The position numbers and the translations under genes were made by a program. The notes under the pieces were generated by a model that saw only the letters and a list, made by a program, of their open reading frames with translations, did not search any database and had not been told where the DNA came from. From positions 64,929 through 128,928 of the forward strand of contig JBAYHC010000004.1 of NCBI GenBank assembly GCA_041666325.1: a stretch of 64,000 nucleotides of DNA, written 5' to 3'. This DNA is from Patescibacteria group bacterium. Lineage in GTDB: Bacteria > Patescibacteriota > UBA1384 > XYA2-FULL-43-10 > 1-14-0-10-43-13. Shown here in pieces: positions 1 through 8,607 of the stretch (position 1 is its first letter; every line of letters starts with the position of its first letter).

Positions 1-677
1 TCAGGATACTCACTTCCAAAAAGCTCGCCGGCCTCCCGTTTTCCGCAGAGTTCAAGCTTTAGTTTACTAACAACTGACCAGCATTTTTCATAATCTAGCG
101 CGAACGCCTCCTTTTTACCTTTGCCAACTTTCAGCTTATCCTCATCGTACTCATAGAGAAAAGTCAGTGACTTAGCGTATTCGCTGATAATCGCCAGCAG
201 CTCCTTCTCCTGGCCGTCAAGCAGCTCAAATTTCGCCTTTGATTGGATTAATCTGATAGCATCCTGCAGCTCTTTCAGCGTTTCTGATTGCTCGACCAAT
301 CTTTGCTGGTTGACAACATAACCTTTAATTAAAAAGTCCCGAAGCACTCCATTAGCCCAAATACGAAACTGGGTCGCTTTCTTCGAGTTGACTCGATAGC
401 CCACTGAAATAATCACATCTAAGCTATAAAAATTCACCGGACGATCGGAGTTTGCAATGTGCATTTTTTGCACATTACCTTTTTCTTCGACTTCGCCGGA
501 ATTAAGAATGTTGTTGATGTGGCGCGTAATCACAGTACGATCCGTGCCAAAAACACCGGCAATTTCTTTTTGCGAAAGCCAGATATTATCATCCCGTAAT
601 CTCACCTCAATCTTCGGCCTATCCTCACCAGATCGATATATGATAACTTCGCCCCGAGTTTGTTCTCTTGTTTTCAT
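1..677 (-). CDS. RhuM-family (virulence-associated, DNA-binding) protein homolog; 3' end lies beyond the window
   Basis: Manual minus-strand translation from ATG (rc of 675-677): MKTREQTRGEVIIYRSGEDRPKIEVRL...NSDRPVNFYSLDVIISVGYRVNSKKATQFRIWANGVLRDFLIKGY, the hallmark RhuM block. Absent from the ORF track because it runs off the edge. Confidence 0.65.
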   Translation of the reverse strand, partial: MKTREQTRGEVIIYRSGEDRPKIEVRLRDDNIWLSQKEIAGVFGTDRTVITRHINNILNSGEVEEKGNVQKMHIANSDRPVNFYSLDVIISVGYRVNSKKATQFRIWANGVLRDFLIKGYVVNQQRLVEQSETLKELQDAIRLIQSKAKFELLDGQEKELLAIISEYAKSLTFLYEYDEDKLKVGKGKKEAFALDYEKCWSVVSKLKLELCGKREAGELFGSEYP

Positions 678-795
678 GATGCCTTCTACCTTCTACTTTC
701 TCCCATTGTGCCGAACATATCCCAAACAGTCAAATCTTTACGATCAAAAAACCGCAACCTCTGGGTTGCGGCACAATACGAAAGGGTCAGGTATC

Positions 796-1383
796 TCACG
801 AGTTATACCCCGCAAAACGAAGATGGCAACGATGAGTTAGCTCGCCGATAGCTTTGAGAGACTCGGCCTTAGTCAATATATCATCATAATCTTGAGGAAC
901 AGCATTATTCTCCAGCCACCGCCTGGTCCGGCGCAAAATCAGTTCCCAGGCAAGAAATGCACCGAAACTCCGATCAAAGAGAGGGTTCCCCGTCTGGGTA
1001 ACTTCAACGATAACCCTGTCCCCTGGCTGCAACCATAAAGCAGGCAAGAAATCGGTCGCTTGTATGCCATCCTTCTTCGGATTAATCTCCGAAAAACCAA
1101 AGAACATGAGCTTAATCGGAGAAGTTTCACTATGATGAATACTCGCCACAGACAAGACACTGTCTCCGCGATTCACCTCAATCTTGGCCGGTCGATAGCA
1201 ACCACGCCGACTCACAGTTTCATCGGGAAAGTAGTTAGCAAACTGCTTGAAGGCCGGAAGTCCATCGAGATGTATGATCATTCCGTTTGGTTGGCAATAA
1301 GCAAGTGTCATTTCCTGATCAAGATCTTCAGCCACAAACTCAAGCGGCTTGACTTGCATCAGATCCCTCCATTCCGATCTCAA
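796..1383 (-). CDS. hypothetical protein (195 aa)
   Basis: Intact ORF in the track, with no diagnostic motif recognised. Confidence 0.45.
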   Translation of the reverse strand: MRSEWRDLMQVKPLEFVAEDLDQEMTLAYCQPNGMIIHLDGLPAFKQFANYFPDETVSRRGCYRPAKIEVNRGDSVLSVASIHHSETSPIKLMFFGFSEINPKKDGIQATDFLPALWLQPGDRVIVEVTQTGNPLFDRSFGAFLAWELILRRTRRWLENNAVPQDYDDILTKAESLKAIGELTHRCHLRFAGYNS

Positions 1384-1501
1384 GGATCATCTGTCTTATA
1401 CAATATAATCACTCCCTTGTCCAGCCTTCGGCCGGCTTTTTCTTTACAAAAAAGCCGCCGGGGTACCGGCGACAGTGCAAAGAATACAATACTCAATCAA
1501 A

Positions 1502-2545
1502 TCACCTATCAAGGACATAATCACCTTTTAGCAATATATCAGCCGCCTCAGTGCGATACCGATAGACGATCATGAGGCTCCCCAGTTCATGCCTGCTTGG
1601 ATTGTTGTCCAATATTTCCCTGGCTGCCATGTCTTGCAACCATGATGGGATATTGGTAATCAAGCCGTTGGCCATGTTGCAGAGACCATATCTCGGACGC
1701 TCCCTGCTTATTAGCTCAACCAGTGCGGCCCAAGCGCGCTGACGAAGCTGCACATGTTCACACATGATCTTGACAAGATCAGTCCCTTTGTCGAAACCGC
1801 GCCGGGCCAATTCATCCCAGATCCTGTCTTGAAACTGAAAGAGGGAAAGGCGCTGTTGAAGATCTTCCGAACGCGGGTCGCGCTTGACATACTCGGGCCA
1901 GGCCCGCTCCGGCAGGTCTTCTATACCCTCAATCAACACTCGGCCAAAAGCGAAAGAAGATGGCCTAGATTCGTCACAATGAGCGATAAACTTAACCCAC
2001 GCTTCTTCACGTAAAGACGGGTTTCGTTGCGCATAGCGCCAGATCGCATTTAGATCAACAACATCTCTGGCACCCTCATGCAACAGCGCCGCCAAAGCCT
2101 CTTCGCGAAGATCCAGAACATTCTCAATAACCTTGACGTAACGCCTATGGCCATGTTGAGTCGCCATGTCAAGAATCTTCCTGCCAGCTAGACGAGAAAG
2201 AGCGGGGTCAGCCACGATATCAAAGATGCAATCCAAATCCTCCGGCTTGTCTGCAACGAGCGAGAGCAATAAAGGCGCGATCAGCCACCGGTTAGGCGGA
2301 CTATGCTTGATCAATGTTGTGCACGACTTAACACCGAGCGGCTCGCCTGTGCGCAAGGGTATAGCCATCAAATCGGCCACAGCATCTGCCCGACGCTCCG
2401 GCACATGCTCAATGATGTCGCAAAGTACCTCTTCGGAAAGTAGCGGTCTCTTTCTTCCTTTTTCTTCACTCACTTTAGGTTTTTTCTCCCTCCGTCGAGT
2501 GCGTACCAGCTGGCGGTCCTGCTTCTCCGGCAGTCCCCAGCTCAA
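1502..2545 (-). CDS. hypothetical protein (347 aa, GC-richer than flanks)
   Basis: Long uninterrupted ORF, Arg/Leu/Glu-rich, with no recognised catalytic motif. Confidence 0.5.
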   Translation of the reverse strand: MSWGLPEKQDRQLVRTRRREKKPKVSEEKGRKRPLLSEEVLCDIIEHVPERRADAVADLMAIPLRTGEPLGVKSCTTLIKHSPPNRWLIAPLLLSLVADKPEDLDCIFDIVADPALSRLAGRKILDMATQHGHRRYVKVIENVLDLREEALAALLHEGARDVVDLNAIWRYAQRNPSLREEAWVKFIAHCDESRPSSFAFGRVLIEGIEDLPERAWPEYVKRDPRSEDLQQRLSLFQFQDRIWDELARRGFDKGTDLVKIMCEHVQLRQRAWAALVELISRERPRYGLCNMANGLITNIPSWLQDMAAREILDNNPSRHELGSLMIVYRYRTEAADILLKGDYVLDR

Positions 2546-2642
2546 GGAAAGTATAATCAGGACCTAACAATTTGTCAACTTGGGTTGATATACAAGAGTC
2601 AAACTGATAGTTTAAGAACTAATTCCCGAGAGAGGAGAGCTT

Positions 2643-3023
2643 ATGGTTCGCCTTTCTGAGCTGCAAAGCATCAATCAGCCGACACCCGCATTGATGCAGT
2701 TAATCGACCGGCTTTGTGCCCGCATCCAACCCCTGACACCAAATGAGCTTCATTACGGCTTCGAATATCCGATGATCGGCCAGCCATTCTTTTACGTTAC
2801 CGAGATAGAACGCAAGAGATTGTTCAGATTCATTCCCCTTGGCAACAAGAAGAGATTGATCATGGCCATCTCTTCCGGATTTTTCGGAGAGGCTATTGGC
2901 AAAAAAGAAGTTCGAGGCTGGATTGGCAACAAGCAATTTGAAGCAATCATTCGCGAAGAGTTCGAGCGTTTTGCCTGCGATGTTGGTGCAAGCAGTCACA
3001 TGCTCGCCTATGCCTACCAATAG
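2643..3023 (+). CDS. hypothetical protein (126 aa)
   Basis: ORF preceded by GAGAGGAGAGC RBS-like sequence and followed by an intrinsic terminator. Confidence 0.45.
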   Translation: MVRLSELQSINQPTPALMQLIDRLCARIQPLTPNELHYGFEYPMIGQPFFYVTEIERKRLFRFIPLGNKKRLIMAISSGFFGEAIGKKEVRGWIGNKQFEAIIREEFERFACDVGASSHMLAYAYQ

Positions 3024-3037
3024 GGCGCCCCCATTAG

Positions 3038-3064
3038 CCGCAACAGCCCAGTTGCGGTTTTTTG
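3038..3064 (+). terminator. rho-independent terminator
   Basis: CCGCAAC-agccca-GTTGCGG hairpin followed by TTTTTTT. Confidence 0.6.
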
Positions 3065-3095
3065 ATTCACAGCCTCACCCCATGAATCAAAAAAC
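3057..3095. repeat. 12-bp inverted repeat TTTTTTGATTCA / TGAATCAAAAAA
   Basis: Perfect inverted repeat separated by 13 nt; the 15-mer AGTTTTTTGATTCAC recurs as a direct repeat near 3236-3252. Confidence 0.5.
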
Positions 3096-3253
3096 TAATT
3101 GTCTCTGAGATTTATTTTTCTTTCGTCATTCCAGACTTGATCTGGAATCCAGGCGCGATAACTATTTTATGGATCCTGAATCCCTTCGGTCTCGCTCAGG
3201 GCGGGCAAGTTCAGGATGACAACCTGAGAGCAGGATAGTTTTTTGATTCACGG

Positions 3254-3284
3254 ATTGACATACGCCCTAGTTCAGGCTATTATA
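3254..3284 (+). promoter_or_regulatory. sigma70-like promoter for the M50 protease gene
   Basis: TTGACA - 17 nt - TATTAT located about 45 nt upstream of the CDS start. Confidence 0.4.
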
Positions 3285-3326
3285 TTCACGCTTTGGTGAA
3301 TAACACGAGAGGGGAACAAGTAGAGA

Positions 3327-4127
3327 GTGAAAAAGTCCCTAGCCAGTTCAGCCAAACGCGTTAACTTGAGGCCTATCATTGTCTCGGCAATCGCGCTGAT
3401 GGTTATGTGCCACATCCTTGGAGCAACTGTCGGAACACTATTCTTCTCGATGCTAGTAGTACACGAACAGGGCCATCTTATCATTGCCAGAAAGCTCGGT
3501 TACGAGACGCAAGGCATGGTCGTTATTCCATTCATTGGCGCGATTGGTTTCCTTAAAGAGGAAGTCCAATCCAATAGAGACGAGGCTATCATTGCACTCG
3601 CCGGCCCGCTCGTTGGACTGGTCTTCAACATCATCTTGCTGGTAGCCTGGTTGCTCACGCTGTCGCCGGCGCTGCAGACTGTGGTTTGGATCAATGCGAT
3701 GGTCAATCTTTTTAATCTGCTGCCGATTTTTCCACTTGATGGCGGCAGAGTCGCTCGCGTAATTCTGCGTTCAATGAATATGGATGCGAGCGTTCTCCTA
3801 TCTCTGAGCGTGATTATAGCGGTAATTATGATTATCAAGCATCCGATTTTTCTTTTGCTTGCTCTCATGGCACGGCAAGCACTAAGGCAACACTGTTTTC
3901 TGTCGAGCCTGTCCAATCAAACCACGGCGCTGGCAGAAATCAAAGCCTCGGCCGAGAACGACCATGATCCAGAAGCGATGTCACTGATTCATCAGGTCGA
4001 CTCGTTCCGTGCCAGCCAGTCGGCACCGTGCCTGTCCCAGCGCGAAATAAGCATCACAGTTACGGCATATCTATTGGCATGCATTTGTCTCATCTCAATG
4101 GTGGTTGCCGTAAGCCTTCCCCATTGA
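3327..4127 (+). CDS. M50 family site-2 zinc metalloprotease (RseP/SpoIVFB-like)
   Basis: HEQGH (HExxH) in a predicted TM helix plus the LLPIFPLDGGR motif; multiple hydrophobic segments. Tool start is a non-ATG codon, so the exact start is uncertain. Confidence 0.7.
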   Translation: MKKSLASSAKRVNLRPIIVSAIALMVMCHILGATVGTLFFSMLVVHEQGHLIIARKLGYETQGMVVIPFIGAIGFLKEEVQSNRDEAIIALAGPLVGLVFNIILLVAWLLTLSPALQTVVWINAMVNLFNLLPIFPLDGGRVARVILRSMNMDASVLLSLSVIIAVIMIIKHPIFLLLALMARQALRQHCFLSSLSNQTTALAEIKASAENDHDPEAMSLIHQVDSFRASQSAPCLSQREISITVTAYLLACICLISMVVAVSLPH

Positions 4128-4307
4128 TTTTCCGCTGCACCCAGGTCCCTGCTCTTGGCAGGGCCTTTTTGTATATTGAACACAATCTCTTCCCTGGCAG
4201 TAACATTTTTTGGCAACATATTTTGCAAAGTTTTTAGATTATTGACAGCGGTCTGATTGTTGCTGTAATTTGTAGCTCAGATAATCATTTATTTACAATC
4301 ACTTGTT

Positions 4308-6686
4308 ATGCAAAATATATTCAAAATTGCCTTGATTTGTGGCGGACCCTCGCTTGAACGAGGCATTTCCCTCAATTCCGCCCGATCGGTCATGGATAAC
4401 TTGGAGGACGACAACATTGAAATCGTCCCGTTCTACCTTGACCAACAGAGAAGAGCTTATCGTCTATCCAAGCCGCAGCTTTACTCTAATACGCCCTCTG
4501 ATTTTGATTTTAAGCTTAGCCGGACCGCCAAGCCACTCAGCCAAATCTCCTTCATTCGCAGACTGAGAGAGTGTGATATCGCCTTCCCTGTCATGCACGG
4601 TACATACGGCGAAGACGGCGGGATTCAACGTTTTCTGGAGAAAAACTCGATTCCATTCGTTGGCTCCGACTCGACTTCATGCAAGCAGGTTTTTGATAAA
4701 TTCAACGCCCACCAACTTCTGGGGGATCTTGATTTCAAGGTTATGCCGACCGCGCTGCTCAAGATCTATCATCATGACCACAAGCAAATTATTGATAAAT
4801 TTTTTGAGGCAAACAAGATTAAGCACGCCGTCGTCAAGCCAGCAAGCGGCGGATCAAGTATGGGTGTTTTTCCGGTCAGTAATACGATCGAGGCGCTCGA
4901 GAGGGCCAACTACCTTTTTTCTAAGCGCATTGACACCAGGGTTGTACTAGAGCCGTTCGCCGAGGGTATAGAATTCACTACCATTGTACTCGAAAATCGT
5001 TTTGGCCAACCGGTGGCTATCTTGCCGACAGAGATTGAGGCTGATTATGCGGAGCACCAAATTTTCGATTTCCGCAAAAAATATTTGCCCACTCGCCACG
5101 TCACCTACCACTGCCCACCTCGTTTTCCCAACAAGCTGATCGAACAAATCCAGATTCAGGCAGAACAAATCTTTTCAGCCACCAAGATGTCTGATTTTGC
5201 ACGATTTGACGGCTGGGTATTATCAGACGGTTCGATCTGGTTTTCTGATTTGAATCCAATTAGTGGCATGGAGCAGCACAGCTTTCTCTTCCAGCAGGCC
5301 TCGCGAGTTGGGCTCAGCCACAGAGGTGTCTTGCGCCATATCGTCAAAAGCGCCTGCCGCCGGCAAAGCATTGACTTTCCGGAGCGCCAACCACAAGCCA
5401 AAACTAGGCGTCGCGAGATCAATATCCTTTTCGGAGGCAACACATCAGAACGCCAAGTCTCCCTCTTAAGCGGTACCAATGCTTGGCTCAAACTTTTACA
5501 ATCGAAAAAATACCTTCCCAAACCGTATCTACTCGATCGGGAAAACAATGTTTGGCAGTTACCTTACAGTCTTGTACTCAATCATACAGTCGAAGAGATT
5601 GCTACGAACTGCAGCAAATTCTCAAAGAGTGAAAGGCGCTTGCGCTATCTGGAGAACAGGGTCAGATTTAGGCTTGGTCTCAGCCCGGAATCGAGCGATG
5701 CGCCGCTCTTTGCACCCCAGAAGCTCTCTCTCAAGAATTTTATCAAGAACTCTTCCTTTGTCTTCAACGCCCTGCATGGCGGAGAGGGTGAGAACGGTAT
5801 CCTGCAGCAACAATTCGAAAAACTTGGCACAAAATACAATGGACCAGATGCCACAGTTTCAAATCTATGTGCTGACAAGGCTCTGACACTCGAAGCAGTC
5901 AAAGCGAGCGGCATTCCCGGCATACATACAGCAAACTACATCACAGTTAGCACCGACGAATTGATCCATTTTGATAATTTTGGACTGAGCAACTACTGGA
6001 AAAAAATACTGAAAGATCTCAAGGCTGACTCTGTCGTGATTAAGCCCAAGTCCGATGGCTGTTCCTCTGGTGTTGCCCACCTTTTCAACCACAAAGACCT
6101 GGCGAACTATATTCGAGCAATCAGGGAGAACTGGCCTTCTATCCCCAAGGGCACGCTCCCTCATCAATTGAATGACATTGAGATGCCGACAGAGCAGCCG
6201 CATGACTTTTTGATCGAAGAATATGTTACTACTGACAAAATCTCTGTTCGAAATAATAAGCTCAACTATCAGCGACGTCGGGGCTGGATCGAGGTAACGA
6301 TTGGTGTGATCGAAAAAGACAACGAGATAATTGCGCTCAACCCAAGCCTGACTGTGGCCTCCGGCGAAATACTTTCGGTTGAAGAGAAATTTCAGGGTGG
6401 TACAGGCATAAACATCACGCCTCCCCCAAAAGAAATTATCAGTCAAAAAGCAATTAACCGGACGAAAGAGTTGATTGGCAAATTATCAAATCGTCTTGGT
6501 ATCAAGGGCTATTCTCGAATCGACGCCTTTCTCCAAGTTGACCGCGGCGATCTCATTATCATTGAAATAAACACTCTCCCAGCACTCACGCCCTCGACCG
6601 TTCTCTTCCATCAGGCCCTAGCCGAAGAAAAGCCTCTCTATCCGCGAGAATTACTCGAACAAATCATCTCAAGTGCCGGATACTAA
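4308..6686 (+). CDS. ddl: tandem-duplicated D-alanine--D-alanine ligase (two complete Ddl / ATP-grasp modules in one 792-aa polypeptide)
   Basis: First module: IALICGGPSLERGISLNSA...HGTYGEDGGIQ...VVKPASGGSSMGV. Second module: INILFGGNTSERQVSLLSGTNA...ALHGGEGENGILQ...VIKPKSDGCSSGVAHL...IIIEINTLPALTPSTV. Both carry Ddl N-terminal, central and ATP-grasp signatures. Confidence 0.8.
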   Translation: MQNIFKIALICGGPSLERGISLNSARSVMDNLEDDNIEIVPFYLDQQRRAYRLSKPQLYSNTPSDFDFKLSRTAKPLSQISFIRRLRECDIAFPVMHGTYGEDGGIQRFLEKNSIPFVGSDSTSCKQVFDKFNAHQLLGDLDFKVMPTALLKIYHHDHKQIIDKFFEANKIKHAVVKPASGGSSMGVFPVSNTIEALERANYLFSKRIDTRVVLEPFAEGIEFTTIVLENRFGQPVAILPTEIEADYAEHQIFDFRKKYLPTRHVTYHCPPRFPNKLIEQIQIQAEQIFSATKMSDFARFDGWVLSDGSIWFSDLNPISGMEQHSFLFQQASRVGLSHRGVLRHIVKSACRRQSIDFPERQPQAKTRRREINILFGGNTSERQVSLLSGTNAWLKLLQSKKYLPKPYLLDRENNVWQLPYSLVLNHTVEEIATNCSKFSKSERRLRYLENRVRFRLGLSPESSDAPLFAPQKLSLKNFIKNSSFVFNALHGGEGENGILQQQFEKLGTKYNGPDATVSNLCADKALTLEAVKASGIPGIHTANYITVSTDELIHFDNFGLSNYWKKILKDLKADSVVIKPKSDGCSSGVAHLFNHKDLANYIRAIRENWPSIPKGTLPHQLNDIEMPTEQPHDFLIEEYVTTDKISVRNNKLNYQRRRGWIEVTIGVIEKDNEIIALNPSLTVASGEILSVEEKFQGGTGINITPPPKEIISQKAINRTKELIGKLSNRLGIKGYSRIDAFLQVDRGDLIIIEINTLPALTPSTVLFHQALAEEKPLYPRELLEQIISSAGY

Positions 6687-6727
6687 AAACCAGGGTATAA
6701 GCCCTGGCGATAGAAACGAACCAACCA

Positions 6728-7279
6728 TCATCTGGTAGGTTCAAGCAAATACTGGCAAGTCTCATAGCTCCGGCCACCCTCCTCGTACCTCTCGGGTATG
6801 ATCGGCGAAAGCTCAAAACCAAGACGCTCAAGAATATGGCGGCTGGAACGGTTGGAAGCAAGAACCTCAGCTAAGAGCAATGTGGCAAGGTTCGTCTCAA
6901 AGATATATTTGATTGCCCTCCTGGCCGAAGCTGTTGCCACACCCTGGCCGCGGAAACCCGGCGATACAGCATAATAAAGTCTACCAGTCTTGTGACCCTC
7001 AACTTCATTGACACCAAGCCGATAAGCACCAACCACTCCGGCAAATTGACCGTCAACGCATATCCACCAGAGAATGCCTTTTTCATTCTCCTTGGCCCGA
7101 TGAACTCTCTCTATGTACTCTTCCAGGCTGGGAACCTCATAACCAAGCATGAAATCAGGGTGCAATGATGGATCCCTCAAGAGTAACCAGGCGAGCTCAG
7201 CCTGATCGGGCCGTGGCTGCCGCAAAAAAATCGTTCTCAGGTCATGAGTCAAACCACAGAGCATCTCCGATCCATACAC
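6728..7279 (-). CDS. GNAT family N-acetyltransferase (RimJ/RimL-like)
   Basis: LRxLxxxDxxEL N-terminal pattern and the acetyl-CoA fold block RLGVNEVEGHKTGRLYYAVSPGFRGQGVAT. Confidence 0.7.
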   Translation of the reverse strand: MYGSEMLCGLTHDLRTIFLRQPRPDQAELAWLLLRDPSLHPDFMLGYEVPSLEEYIERVHRAKENEKGILWWICVDGQFAGVVGAYRLGVNEVEGHKTGRLYYAVSPGFRGQGVATASARRAIKYIFETNLATLLLAEVLASNRSSRHILERLGFELSPIIPERYEEGGRSYETCQYLLEPTR

Positions 7280-7434
7280 GAAGCATTCCCCCTTCCAGAA
7301 TGTCGCTCTCGTTGCGCCCTGATACTATAACCATATTTTGGTAATTTTCCAAGAGTAACAAAACTATTGACAGACTGACAAAAATCGGTTATTACATGAG
7401 TGCCAAAGAGGCAATCCACAAGGGAGGATAGACA

Positions 7435-8172
7435 ATGCAGGTACTGGTCGTAGGCACAGGCAGATCCGATCTGCCCCTTGTCGATACTTTGCTTAACCAT
7501 GGCATTATTGTCTCCATAGCCAGCAGTGACGGAGCGGCCGAAAAGTTCAACAGGGTTAAACCCGACATCGTTTTGGTCACCATTGAAGGACCCCTTCACA
7601 CAGCGGAAACCATCGAGAAAATCGTGGAGATTGATCCTGATGCCAGGATCGTTGCCATTTGCTTTGGAGACTCCAACGATCTTAGAGCAACCATTCGATC
7701 AGGAGCAATCTCTATATTGCTAGCTCCTGTTGACGAGGAACTCTTGCTCAGGCGGCTTGAACAGGTTGCGAAGCGGACTCCGGCCATCGGCGTCGATTCC
7801 CAATCAAAGCCGGGGAGCGGCAAGAAGTTCCTGGTCGTTGACGACGAACGACATATAATTGCCTTAATGAAGCTCAACCTGGAGCTCGCCGGGTTCGAGG
7901 TGGCGACTGCCGCCGATGGCATCGAGGCAGTTGAACGGTATCGGGCGTTCCAGCCTGATGTTGTTTTCATGGATCTGTGTATGCCGCGGATGGACGGCAC
8001 CGAAGCGATTCAGAAGATTATTGAGATGGATCCCGATGCCAGGATTATCTCCTCTTGCGGCATCGAAGAGAACGACCATGCCGCCCAAGCGGCAGGCGCT
8101 CGGGATTCGATTACCAAACCCTTCGGCCCGACTGATCTGATTAACAAGGCCTTAGTCTTGATGAAAGAATAG
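7435..8172 (+). CDS. response regulator with two receiver domains (first degenerate pseudo-receiver, second canonical CheY-like)
   Basis: Second half: KFLVVDDERHII...PDVVFMDLCMPRMDGTEAI...SSCG. First half is receiver-like but has Thr where the phospho-acceptor Asp is expected (DIVLVTIEGP). Confidence 0.7.
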   Translation: MQVLVVGTGRSDLPLVDTLLNHGIIVSIASSDGAAEKFNRVKPDIVLVTIEGPLHTAETIEKIVEIDPDARIVAICFGDSNDLRATIRSGAISILLAPVDEELLLRRLEQVAKRTPAIGVDSQSKPGSGKKFLVVDDERHIIALMKLNLELAGFEVATAADGIEAVERYRAFQPDVVFMDLCMPRMDGTEAIQKIIEMDPDARIISSCGIEENDHAAQAAGARDSITKPFGPTDLINKALVLMKE

Positions 8173-8186
8173 TATCGCATTCTGTT

Positions 8187-8214
8187 AGGCGCCCCCCGTG
8201 GGGTGCCTTTTTTC
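8187..8214 (+). terminator. rho-independent terminator
   Basis: AGGCGCCCC-ccgt-GGGGTGCCT hairpin followed by TTTTTT. Confidence 0.6.
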
Positions 8215-8350
8215 TTTCAAAACCTAAAGTTCAATGAGCACCAATAGTCTGATTTATCAAAATTTATTTACCGCATTACCACAAACATCTCTTAGGCTGT
8301 ATTCAGAGCTTCAGTGGTGGCTACACCACCTCCGATCAACCATATCTTAA

Positions 8351-8416
8351 GTGTCATCCTGAGGAACCTGCCGATTTGGCAGGTGACGTGAGGATCCCAT
8401 CATCGCGTTAGCGACG
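8351..8416 (+). other. candidate structured RNA motif, copy 1 (UCAUCCUGAG-hairpin-GUGAGGAUCCCAU-hairpin-CGAC)
   Basis: Shares an ordered motif with 21753-21810; stems differ by compensatory changes (ATCCT/AGGAT vs ATCCC/GGGAT; inner hairpins CCTGCC/GGCAGG vs GCAAG/CTTGC). Confidence 0.4.
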
Positions 8417-8574
8417 GGATTTCTCGCTTTGATTCATTCCGCCCGGCGGAAGGTCCCTCGGCAAGCTCGGAATGGCTTCGCCAGTTCACGCCAATGGCTC
8501 TAAATGACACCAAGGGAAGGGATTGCTGCGCCTCAAATGCATTAGCTAACGCTTGTGATCTCTAACTTTTAAAA

Positions 8575-8605
8575 CAAAAGCCCCTGAAGAGGGGCATCGG
8601 TGCGA
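8575..8605 (-). terminator. rho-independent terminator for the minus-strand nucleotidyltransferase gene
   Basis: On the minus strand: GCCCCTCTTCAGGGGC followed by TTTTGTTTT. Confidence 0.55.
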
Positions 8606-8607
8606 GC

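Noticed and set aside
5865-6446. 193-aa minus-strand ORF (and several others such as 11023-11454, 13149-13514, 55150-55863) embedded in long genes
   Set aside because: They lie entirely antisense to well-supported genes (ddl, the radical SAM gene, dnaB, dnaE) and show no independent signals.
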